Below the pieces are notes generated by a model, which ran no database searches, was not told the DNA's origin, and was given only the letters and a program-made list of their open reading frames with translations. The translations under genes and the position numbers were made by a program. A stretch of 64,000 bases of DNA, from contig OZ037770.1 in NCBI GenBank assembly GCA_964035545.1, positions 15,738,642 to 15,802,641 of the forward strand, given 5' to 3'. Shown here piece by piece: positions 39,840 through 52,500 of the stretch. The stretch is from Bugula neritina. Taxonomy: Eukaryota > Animalia > Bryozoa. Position 1 is the stretch's first letter. Each line of letters starts with the position of its first letter.

Positions 39840-41055
39840 CTACATCTGCCCGCACTGTGATATAACTACATTAAGTTTGGGTCTATTGTTTGGTCCCACC
39901 GGTACATTTTCTATCTTTCTCACAACCAACATGCCATCTATAACTTTACCTGCAACACAATTTATGAGTAGATGTATAATTAGAGGTCAGAGGTCAACCA
40001 GCTTCTTTACATGATAGCATAACTCCACTCACCAAAAACTACATGTTTATTATCTAAGAAGTCACATGGGGCGCAGGTAATGAAGAACTGACAGCCATTA
40101 GAGTCCGGTCCACTGTTTGCCTGCAAAACAATGAGTAGACAACTCTGCATGCTATAGTCTAGAGTATATTACAATGAGTAGACAACTCTGCATGCTATAG
40201 TCTAGAGTATATTACAATGAGTAGACAACTCTGCATGCTATAGTCTAGAGTATATTACAATGAGTAGACAACTCTGAATGCTATAGTCTAGAGTATATTA
40301 CAATGAGTAGACAACTCTGCATGCTATAGTCTAGAGTATATTACAATGAGTAGACAACTCTGAATGCTATAGTCTAGAGTATATTACAATGAGTAGACAA
40401 CTCTGAATGCTATAGTCTATAGTATATTACAATGAGTAGACAACTCTGAACAGTCTATAAAACAATACCATTGACAAGAGTCCAGCCCCCGAGTGTTTAG
40501 TGTGAAAATTCTCATCAGCAAACTTTCCACCATAAATGCTAGCGAGTCCAGTTCCATCATTCTACAATAGAATCAAACAACATCAGGATTAGCCAATAAA
40601 CTCGCACCATTTATCTGCAACACAACATCATATGAGATGTGGTAACCAGTGTTCTCAGAAAGTCAAGATTCACTGTCTCCAGTCGTTGAAGGAATTTGGA
40701 TATGACGAGTCACCTTAACAAAGTCTCCGCCTTGAATCATGAAGTCCTTGATGACTCGGTGGAAGGTGGAGCTCTTATAGCCCTGCGGTACTCCGTCTTT
40801 TAGGTACTCCCCGGTGCACATTTGTCTTCAACAACAAGTTATATATTCAACTACCTAAGACTTCAAGTCTGCACTAGGATTTTTGAAGTTATCTTAGATG
40901 GCTAGACTTTAAAGTTTAAAGCATTCAAAATAGCCTATCGTAGGAAAAAATGTTCACATACACTAGCATGATTATATAGTAATATATTGCATATATAACA
41001 TAGTAACATATTGCATATATATGATAATATACTACATATATATATGATAATATAT

Positions 41056-41109
<54 letters not shown>

Positions 41110-42252
41110 AGTATAAACTAATAACTACCTGAAGTTCTCAGCTGTCTTCGGTACCACATCCGCAAATAGTTCAAACTTTACCCGCCCAACTTCCTACACA
41201 ATTTATTCACATAATTTATTTGGTATCAATTTAGTATAATAAAAGCGATGCTGACGTTCATCCACCCATAATGTATTCTAAGTTTATTCTAGACACAATG
41301 ACTCCAACTATCAAGTATTCAACATTTAAAAGCAATAGCCGTAGTATATTATAACTATGTCATCACTTAATCTCTTCAGTAGGCTATCCAGTAGGACTAT
41401 CACTATGAAAGTATGACTATGAGTATAGTAATCATCACCTAATTTATTTTAAACTAAATGATAAGTGTTAGTGTACTTTCATATTTATTAACTATAGGTC
41501 TATGTTTTAAATGATTATAAGTAGTAGCACTGATGATTATTAAAAAATGACTAGTCAAAGACAAAAGTCAAAATCAATAAGAAAACTTGAATTACTATTA
41601 GCCTACATTTAGTATTAGTATAACTATAAATAATTATAACACAATATTTTTATTACTATTATGATTATAATATAATTAAAATAAATATTATTATATGACT
41701 TGAATTGAGAAATTATTTTATTATTAAACAATATTAATATTTAATTTCAATTTGTATTCAAAATCAAAGTTAAATAACTAATACTAATAGTAATAGTCAA
41801 TAAGTTATAGCAAAATTAAAAGTCTAAAACTTAAACTGAATCAAAATCTAACACTAATAGTAATATTATTAGTATCACCAAGTCAATCAGTTCTACTTAT
41901 ACTTAATGTTAATGTTATAGTAATAGTAATACTTTATCTAATCGCAAAACTAAACCGTGAATGTAACAACTAACACTAACAGTAATACGTTATTATTAAC
42001 ATTATACAATCCGTATGAGTATCACTATGACTATGAGTATGACTATCACTATCAGAATCCGTATCAGTATCACTATGAGTATGACTATGAGTATCAGTAT
42101 CAGTATGACTATCAATATGACTATCACTATGAGTATCAGATACTTGACATAGACTTTTACTTTAAATGCTGTGATTAATTATTGCCTACCGTAGAGCCAA
42201 TAGAAACGTCAAAAAAGACAACTGGATTCTCAGAGTTAGTTACTTTATCCAT
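39840..42252 (-). CDS. PPIH: Peptidyl-prolyl cis-trans isomerase H (U4/U6 snRNP cyclophilin)
   Basis: Minus-strand exons 42252-42190, 41193-41129, 40825-40714, 40561-40469, 40120-40033, 39949-39840 give [92 protein letters not shown]...[15 protein letters not shown]...[26 protein letters not shown], the cyclophilin H signature. Confidence 0.95.
40128..40450. repeat. 43-bp minisatellite filling a PPIH intron, about 7.5 copies
   Basis: Unit ACAATGAGTAGACAACTCTGCATGCTATAGTCTAGAGTATATT. Confidence 0.92.
41058..41106. repeat. (AT)n microsatellite
   Basis: Direct reading. Confidence 0.9.
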
Positions 42253-42693
42253 TTATAAGAAAAGCAGTTTTCTGCTGACTAAATCATTCACTAATTTCAA
42301 ACGAGTAAAAAGACTTTTTGTTCCTTACTGCTTTCCTCAACCGGAAAAGACTATTTCGGTGAGCATATTCAAACTCGCTGTAGTAGTGATTATAAGGAGA
42401 TAACTCCTAATAAGTCATAGCTTTGACTATCAAATTATAATTACTGTATTATAATGATTGATTGTTAAGTTTTCTTTCTTTAAATAAAGTGTTTACACAT
42501 GCTAGTTGGCCAGAGTGCTAATTTTATAGTTATATGCAATGATACTTGTACAGGAAAGGCAAATTGAGATTTCTATGAGATGCTTTTGTTTTTCGTTATA
42601 TTTACAAAAATATAGTATAAAAAGACAACAGAACATCAACAACATAATAGTTTTACTTAAAAACATAAACAACTGCAAATAACTGAGGGAAGT

Positions 42694-44209
42694 TTAAATA
42701 GCAGAGGAACTAAGTCTAGCTATAAAGTCTAAGATGTACATTTGTAACTTGATATCTTCAGGATCTGCAGTGACAAAGAAACCAGCTACGCCCGCCTTCT
42801 GTAGGGTGACTTGTTGGCTCCTAACCTACGCAGGAAATAAACAAACTGTTGCTAAGTAACGGCCTGACAAACTGTTGCTAAGTAACAGCCTAAATGACGC
42901 GACTGAGAGGAACTTTACTGCAAATAGCACCGCTGCAGCATGTGCTAGGATACAGCAATAGATTGCCAGTGAGTTGGATGAGGATGTAAGGGTAATATAA
43001 GAGCAGTACTGGAGAGTTAGAATTAGAGAGTTGGTTTATAGTACCCTGTAGATTCTAACTAGTAGAACACTTAGTCAAAGGCTTGTAAAGACAAAGGATA
43101 GTACCAAACACTCATTGCTTTCTTTTATACCTTCCACAACAAAGAGCCTACACATAACAGAGTATAGAGTAAAGTTGCCACTTCTACCTTCTACAACAAA
43201 GAGCATACATGTTCACCTTGGCGTCCAGCCTCTCTATGATTCTCTTATCAAAGTCACTGATTCCTTCTTTTCGCCGTTTGTCGAAAGCCTCGTATTCCTG
43301 TTTATTTTGTTGTTCAACCCTGGGCAGGTTGTGTCTGGCCGTCTTACACTGATATATTCTCTCTTTATGTTCATCCAACAGGGCCCTCTTCTCAGCTGTA
43401 AATGTGATTGTATTATTCAGTATTATACTCTCTCTACTCTGTGTTATACTCTCTCTACTCTGTATTATACTCTCTCTACTCTGTATTATACTCTCTCTAC
43501 TCTGTATTATACTCTCTCTACTCTGTATTATACTCTCTCTACTCTGTATTATACTCTCTCTACTCTGTATTATACTCTCTCTACTCTGTATTATACTCTC
43601 TCTACTCTGTATTATACTCTCTCTACTCTGTATTATACTCTCTCTACTCTGTATTATACTCTCTCTACTCTGTATTATACTCTCTCTACTCTGTATTATA
43701 CTCTCTCTACTCTGTATTATACTCTCTCACTTAGGAATGTACTCTCTACCCACTAGCATAGTCTGTAACACATTTCTTCCTGGAGTTGAACAGAGTTTCC
43801 TCTTCCAGTCTCTGTAAGTCTGACATCCCAGAAACTATTTGGAAAACTGTACCATCTAAGAGGGAGTTGGCCAGACTAACTAGCAAGTCTGATGATAGTC
43901 TCTGTTGATATTTACTAGAAATATTGACTCAAACAAATAAACATACTGACAATCTAAGAGGGAGTTAGCTAGGCTAACTAGTTGATACCTATTCTACATG
44001 CAATCACATCTTAGCATACTGATAAATGAAGAGCGTAATGTAAAAGCAGACTGCAGTTAGTTCTAGTACCTTGGGAGTTCCCTTGCTAAGGACTGCAACT
44101 CCTGAAGAAACAAATACTGCCTTCTTTGTTGCTCTTCTCTTTTATTTAATTCTTGATTGACAGTAGCTAATACACTTGGGTCAATATTAGACACTTGATA
44201 TTCCGACAT
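42694..44209 (-). CDS. DGCR6: DGCR6 / gonadal protein gdl family
   Basis: Minus-strand exons 44209-44070, 43914-43754, 43395-43217, 42825-42694 give ...[48 protein letters not shown]...RHNLP...DKRIIERLDAKVRSQQVTLQKAGVAGFFVTADPEDIKLQMYILDFIARL..*, matching DGCR6-family motifs. Confidence 0.92.
43419..43728. repeat. 21-bp minisatellite filling a DGCR6 intron (TATTATACTCTCTCTACTCTG)n
   Basis: About 15 near-perfect copies. Confidence 0.93.
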
Positions 44210-46517
44210 TGTGAAAACAACTTCTGTGAGTATTCTAATAACAATCACATACCACAAGTGAGTCAATGTTTATATAGAAACTAAAATATGAAGTAATTAC
44301 ACTAATCTATGAAACTTAGATGCGCAACAAACAAAAACCGTGATAGTTGAAACATATTTTACGTATAACAACAATAAAAATGATTTCATAGCATGTTAAA
44401 TACAGTCACATAAAATAGGCTATCTAGTTTATCAGATTAACTGGCATATTCATATCACATTTGCTGCTATGCTTATACTTTGTAACTAAGCAATAGAATT
44501 TGTTAGTGTTGGAGCTTATAAATTTTTGAAGCCATATTTTACAAATGATTATGTAAATGACATGATTATGATATCTCAACAAAATTATTTCCGCTTTTCA
44601 GCTTAGTAGATTAGCCTAAAACAGTATTAAGATTAGATTTTGATTATCATTATCACTTCAAGTTTATGTATAAGTTATAATTTTATTGTTTAACAGTATC
44701 ATCATCACTATAAACCGTTATGCTCATGTAAATGTAATCAGTAATGGTTATAGTCGTGGTAATCGAATGAGTCTGCAATACTAATAAGTATTACTAATAG
44801 TAATAGTAATAATCAGACTTAGTGATGTTCTGGTGCACAATATTAATATATCAACAACACCAATACAATAGACATACTGATACTGATACTCATAAGCAGA
44901 CTTAGTAGTCAGTAATACTAATACTTGATTTTATAGTAATACTAATAGAACTACTTCTACTACTAGGCATACTAATACTAATAGTACTACTACTAGAAAC
45001 TCATATTCATAATCATAATGATAAAGTAGAAGATTTACAAAAGTGAGAAACACTTCAAGCTACATTTAGTTGATTAAAGACTTGGGGGCTGAGATAGCCG
45101 TAATCTATTTAAACCAACAATTTATTCTAAAAATTAAAGCCTAGTTAATAGCTAGTGATCGTCAACTGTTATTATAATTATTAATAATAAATTATTAGCA
45201 TTACCAACAGCTGAAGGCGACCACTAAATAAAATATTGCAAGAGCTGGGAAGTCCTAGCGTTCTGGCTTGTTAATTACATTGTTGCAGGTAAAACGTTCA
45301 CTTGACTATAAAATTATACTTATAATGCTTATCTATCAGTTAGTTTATACTATGCGACTAGAGTTTTAACATTATTCGACGGTATCCGCTTCCGAAATAC
45401 CTGTAAGTACTATTACTATTAGAAACAAGGATTAAGAATAGTTATTATAATCATCATCATTAATTGTGGAAGTTGTGGAAACTCGTATAATTTAAATATA
45501 GGTGAATAATCATTATCATAATGTGATAGTTATAATTATTACTAGTAGCAGTAATAAGTTAATAATATACATAGTAATGCATATTGATATTGAATTTGAT
45601 GTACTACGAGACTACTACTAGTACTACGTCTACCACTACTAGTACTACTAGTACTAGTCCACTACTAGTACTACTAGTACTAGTAGACAGTAGTGAAAGT
45701 AGTGTAACTCTAAGTACTACTACTACTAGTCGATCACAGTGATAGTCACAATCTTATTTGCTCTGAGTTTGACTTTGAGATTGACATAGTCATACTACAG
45801 ACTCCTAATCATAGTGATAGTCATAGTCATGCTCATAGTGCTAATACTAGTACTCATTAGACTTAATATTAGTATTACCATAAAGATATTTTCATTATAT
45901 ACTTTTAAATGTAAATGTTAAAGCTTAAAGCTAATAAGAATACTAATTGTGGACCTTCACTTACAGTCTTGTGTTCAATTTCATATTGATCAATATGATT
46001 ATAATCATAATCAAAAGCAAATAAGTTGCTGGCTATCATAGCGTTGATTATATTCATATTATTGATATTTGTTATATTCAATTAATCATTAGGCTATTTT
46101 GTTCATTTTCTTACCATCATTCAGCCATACTCATTGTAATCTTGACTGTGACGTGTGAAGACTGATCGTCTTAGCCCTAAAGCCCGTCTAGTTCTACTTC
46201 TAGCTGTAACTCTCACATATTTTAATTAATAATGAGCCAGGAGAATATTGGTTATCCTAGTAATTGTAACCTAATACTAGTTGGTCAGCTAAGATGCCCA
46301 CTTCATTGTGCTGGTGCACAGAGTGAATAGTGTTTTCTTTGTTTGCCACATGCCCTAAAAAGGCAAAGTTTTGATTCTATGATAAAGGGCTGGTGAACAG
46401 GTCTATGCAGACTGTTGTTGCAAACAATCAACTCTATGTGTTTTGCTGTCTAGGGTGGAGAAATAATATTTGACGGTGTTTCAGGCATCAACTGTGGTGA
46501 GAGTTTGAGTAGCGGTG

Positions 46518-49500
46518 ATGGCGGCAGTTGGCCGTAGTCAGCGTGGTGGACAGGTCGTTGTTAGAGCCTCGGAGAATAGCGCTATTGACCCGGAAGCCCG
46601 ACCTGAAGATGGAAAAGTGGAAAATGGTTGGTTTATTTCTTGAACGCGATGTTTATCTACTGTTTTGATATTTGTAGCTATTTTGGTGATTGAGGTGACT
46701 GTTCTAAGTTACATATTTAAAAATTTTTCTAGGTTTTGGTACAAATACAAGGAGAGATGTTAAGGGAGGTAGGAAAGCAATGCTCTCGCTATTTTAGTTT
46801 TTCTTCAGTAGGTCATGTGATTGTGTTGCATATACTATACTATATACAGTAGGTCATGTGATTGTGTTGTATAGACTTTGGCCAAACCTTATAAATCTGG
46901 TGATTGGGCTCGTTGTTTGTCACTAGTAATCCTTGTGAGGAATGGTTACAGTGACTGTTTCACTCAGTCACTCTGACTCTCTCTTCCTCAGTAACTGTGA
47001 CACTCTCAGTCACTGTGACTCTCTCTCTCACTCAGTCACTGTGACACTCTCAGTCACTGTGACTCTCTTTCTTTGATAGACACAGAGTGACTCTCTTACT
47101 CAGTCACTGTGACTCTCTCTTCCTCAGTCACTGTGACACTCTCACTCAATCACTGTGACACTCCCAGTCACTGTGACTCTCTTACTGATACCCAGTGATT
47201 GAATAGCTTCTATTGTAAAGTAGCTGAGCTAGGAACTTATGCTTTAAAAGTAAAATATTAAAATTTAGAGCTAGAGTTTAATTCCTTTAAATTTATCTGC
47301 TCGAAAATAAGACTTCTGAATATCCTTGATTTGCCATGTGAACTACACAGTACATGGTACACTATACTATACTATATACTATACTATACTATACTATACT
47401 ATATAATATACTATACTATACACTATACTATACTATATACTATACTATACTATATACTATAATATATACTATACTATACTATATACTATACTATATACTA
47501 TACTATACTATATACTATACTATACTATATACTATAATATATACTATATTATACTATATACTATAATATATACTATACTATATACTATACTATACTATAC
47601 TATATACTATACTATATACTATAATATATACTATACTATACTATATACTATACTATACTATATACTATACTATATACTATAATATATACTATACTATATA
47701 CTATACTATACTATACTATATACTATACTATACACTATATACTATACTATACTATATACTATACTATACTATACTATATACTATACTATACTATACACTA
47801 TACTATACTATATACTATACTATACACTATATACTATACTATACACTATATACTATACTATACTATACACTATACTATACTATATACTATACTATACACT
47901 ATATACTATACTATATGCTATACTATACACTATATACTATACTATACACTATACTATACTTAGTTGTACACTATAACCAGTGTATAACTAAATAATACAC
48001 TATAGCCAGTGTATAACTAAGTAATACATAGCTTAGACATTGCATGTACTCATCTGTCAGTCTGGATGAGTCTGCTTTTCCTCAAAACAACTTGTCTAAA
48101 AATGCATTGCCAGGTTGCTGCAGGTGGCTTGCTGTCACTTTATCTTCTCTCAGGCTGCCACAGGTGACCCTGCTGCCTGTATACCATGTATATTATACTA
48201 CTCTAGCATTCAGCTAGTAACTAATAACTAGTGACTAGTAACTAATAACTAGTGACTAGTGACTAGTAACTAATAACTAGTAACTAATAACTAGTAACAT
48301 GTATTTTAGTCGTCAAGAAGTGGCTGGTTTATGAAGACAGAGTCATCGCTGACAAAATTCAGAAAGAGGAAAGTGAGTTGTTGGGTCTACTTGTATCTGT
48401 TCTGGGCCAGTAGTCTGGGTCTGGGCCAGTAGTCTGGGTCTGGGCCAGTGGTCTGGGCCAGTAATGTATACCAATCATGTAGTATATGAATGGCTGACAT
48501 GTTGGTATAAAGTCTGCATATACTGAGTTTAAACAGGAAATATGCTGCATGGCTGTTATATGGATGTTTTGTTGTTGTTACAATGGCACTTTATTTATTC
48601 TATCAACATGCAGTATAACACAGCATACAGTATAACACAGTATAATACAGTATACCAGCTGGTGTAGCTTACACAATGTTGTCATTCACTGGGCTAATGT
48701 ATAGTAATCAGTTATAGTACACTCTCTGCAGTATGTCTGTCCCCCTCCTACAGTCAGGGGTTGTGACTACACCACTGTGTATGGCAGCTACCACTAACTG
48801 TTGTGTCTGGTCTCCTTACAGTTGAACACCACTACAACAAGAACAGGTTCAACAGACGCACGGTACGAGACGACATTCCCGTAGCCAAGGCCGTCTACAC
48901 TCAGGAAGAGGCTAGAGCCCAGTATGAACGGATGAAGCAGCTTGAAGAGCGCAAGAGACTGTATGACTCATATTACTAGTTGTCTCCTCTCTCAGTGTCT
49001 ACTGAAGTTATCTCCTCTCTCAGTGTCTACTGAAGTTATCTCCTCTCTCAGTATCTACTGAAGTTGTCTCCTCTCTCAGTGTCTACTGAAGTTGTTTCCT
49101 CTCTCAGTATAACATAGTTGTTATGCTGATGTAGAGTTGTCTGCTTTCAGCTGATCATTCAGTCTGGAATACTGTTAGTCTCTCTTTTCAGGGCCGAACA
49201 GGATGAAAGTTTTGCTAAACAACTTCAGTCTGAGTTAACGGATGAGGAGAGAGCAGAGGTGCGTAGGAAACAACTGCATGATCAGGTATGTTTACCTGTA
49301 GACTCATCACCCAGACTATCTCTGTGTGTGTCTGAGTTGTGACGTACAGTGGAGTTGTGACGTACAGTAGAGTTGTAACGTACAGTAGAGTTGTAACGTA
49401 CAGTAGAGTTGTAACGTACAGTAGAGTTGTAACGTACAGTTGAGTTGTGACGTACAGTAGAGTTGTGACGTACAGTAGAGTTGTAACGTACAGTAGAGTT

Positions 49501-52500
49501 GTAACATACAGTAGAGTTGTAACGTACAGTTGAGTTGTGACGTACAGTAGAGTTGTGACGTACAGTAGAGTTGTAACGTACAGTAGAGTTGTAACGTACA
49601 GTAGAGTTGTAACGTACAGTTGAGTTGTGACGTACAGTAGAGTTGTGACGTACAGTAGAGTTGTAACGTACAGTAGAGTTGTAACATACAGTAGAGTTGT
49701 AACGTACAGTTGAGTTGTGACGTACAGTAGAGTTGTGACGTACAGTAGAGTTGTAACGTACAGTAGAGTTGTAACGTACAGTAGAGTTGTAACATACAGT
49801 AGAGTTGTAACGTACAGTTGAGTTGTGACGTACAGTAGAGTTGTGACGTACAGTAGAGTTGTAACGTACAGTAGAGTTGTAACGTACAGTAGAGTTGTAA
49901 CGTACAGTAGAGTTGTAACGTACAGTAGAGTTGTGACGTACAGTAGAGTTGTAACGTACAGTTGAGTTGTGACGTACAGTAGAGTTGTGACGTACAGTAG
50001 AGTTGTAACGTACAGTAGAGTTGTAACGTACAGTAGAGTTGTAACGTACAGTAGAGTTGTAACGTACAGTTGAGTTGTGACGTACAGTAGAGTTGTAACG
50101 TACAGTTGAGTTGTGACGTACAGTAGAGTTGTGACGTACAGTAGAGTTGTAACGTACAGTAGAGTTGTAACATACAGTAGAGTTGTAACGTACAGTTGAG
50201 TTGTGACGTACAGTAGAGTTGTGACGTACAGTAGAGTTGTAACGTACAGTAGAGTTGTAACGTACAGTAGAGTTGTAACGTACAGTAGAGTTGTAACGTA
50301 CAGTAGAGTTGTGACGTACAGTAGAGTTGTAACGTACAGTTGAGTTGTGACGTACAGTAGAGTTGTGACGTACAGTAGAGTTGTAACGTACAGTAGAGTT
50401 GTAACATACAGTAGAGTTGTAACGTACATCCAGGTCGTGTGGAATCACCTCCAACACGTAAGACAGCATCCACCGGCACACCAGAGCGGTCCCGCAGTCG
50501 GAGACCACGCAGTGCCCGGCCGGTCTCAGGTACATTGCCTCCACTAACCCAGCTTCTTACCTCCCGGCTTTCCTTGTTTAGATCTCTTGCTTTTTATTGC
50601 TGCTGCTTGCTAGCTGACTGTTTGTCGGTAGACTTCTTGACATCTATTGACTTCTGTTGACTCGTGTTGACTCGTGTTGACTTGTGTTGACTCGTGTTGA
50701 CTTTTGTTGATTTTTGTTGACTTCCACTAACTCTTGTTAGTTTCCACTAACTCTTGTTAGTTTCCACTAACTCTTGTTAGTTTCCACTAACTCTTGTTAG
50801 TTTCCACTAACTCTTGTTAGTTTCCACTAACTCTTGTTAGTTTCCACTAACTCTTGTTAGTTTCATTTGAGAATTGAAATTTGCTGGAAGATTCTTTCTA
50901 CGAGTATATATATTAGTAGCTCATGTTGATTGAATATCTTACTCTCTTGTAAACCAGAGCTTCTCTATTTCCTTAGCCTTAGTTCTATAGAGTAACATAT
51001 GAGTGACAGTGATTATATAACCTCAGTCTACCCTCATATCTCTTAGAATATCTACTTCTTTAAACTCAATATTCTTACCTCCATAATCAGAGATCCCCTT
51101 CAGTTTCTTCCAGTTTTACTCGTAGGTCTTCTGATGGAAATTATGCTAGCTTTTGTCTTCTGCTTACTTCCCTGTGTTGCTATTCGCTGCTGACACTGAG
51201 AGATCGCTGCCTTCCTGCTGCCTCAATAACTGGTAGAGCTGTGTGAAGTGCTAGTTGTGTGATTTAACCCGGGTGCTGTTCTACCTCCTTTACCTGCGTT
51301 TACTACAACTCTCTGTTGCTATGCAACTGTTGCTAATGGTAACGACACACTTCACAGGAATTTGCCAGACACATGCAGGAGAGAGAGGCGCGTATGAGAT
51401 ACGACCCCGCTCCCAGCGTGCACAGTCCCCCCAGAACTTCAGGCTATCACTCAAGCTATGCCAGTCCACCAGGTAGACGGTCTCCAATGGATCCGCGGGG
51501 AGGTGACTACCAGCAGCTCAGCGAGGTAACTTCTTCCTTCACCTTCACGTTGACCTTCACCTTGGTTATGATGTTCTTATCACGCAGCTGTGACTGTAAT
51601 GCTGCAACTTAACTGTATTGAAGGCGGTGGGCGGACCGACATTAGATAGTCTACAAACTCCTACTTTAACCTCTCAAAACTCTTTCCCCGATGAAGACTT
51701 TGATGAAGAGACTTTGGAAGCAGAAGACAGGGTGAGTAGCCAATCAGAGTCGTGTAGATGTAAATTGTTGTCAATACGTGGGTTGATTGAAAGGTGATAA
51801 GCGTCATCTAGGTATAGGCATCTCACATTAGTGCTGTCGGTTGTAACCACTGTGTGATTAGTTCTGTGGCTCTCCTCTTTCTGCACAATGAGAATTGTAG
51901 TGTATTTGTGATTGGTTAAATGTTTGTATTCACATTTGTGATTGGTTAAATGTTTGTATTCACATTTGTGATTGGTTGATGTGCGCTAGGAGTTGGCGAT
52001 ACGTCTGCAGAAAGAGGAAGAGGAGAGGTATGAGCGGAAGAAACAGCAAAGGATGTTGGCTAAGGAAAGGAAGAGACTGGAAAAGCTGATTTCTCAGTCA
52101 CAGCAGCGGGGTTTGTAGAGCAGATTAGAACCAATCAGAACTGAGATAAGAACCCTTTAGCCAATCAGAACTGAGATGAGAACTCATTAGCCAATCAGAA
52201 CTGAGATGAGAACTCTTTAGCTAATCAGAACTGAGATGAGAACTCTGTATAGACTCCTTTTCATATATCAGTGAAGGAGTGTAGCCTTTGATCTTGTAGA
52301 ACAAGCAGCAGTAGCGGGTCCCAGGCTCTCCCGACCTCCTAGAGAAGATGATGACGGAGATTTCAGCGACTTCTACATTCCTCCGGATCCGAGCATGTCT
52401 CCCGAGCAGAGCAGACTTCTGCAGGAGGAGCAGGACGCTGAGCTGGCCAGACTGATGCAGGACCAGGAGAAGAGGCGGACCCCCAGTGATCTGCTGAAAG

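Noticed and set aside
41957-42178. Tyr-rich 73-aa ORF
   Set aside because: Hexamer-type low complexity inside PPIH intron 1, on the opposite strand.
45361-46453. Possible non-coding first exon of CCDC50 (donor GTAAGT at 45403, acceptor near 46453) and a bidirectional promoter with DGCR6
   Set aside because: Plausible but cannot be supported without transcript data.
49215-50544. Three minus-strand ORFs of about 400 aa
   Set aside because: 18-bp repeat lacking stops, antisense to a CCDC50 intron.
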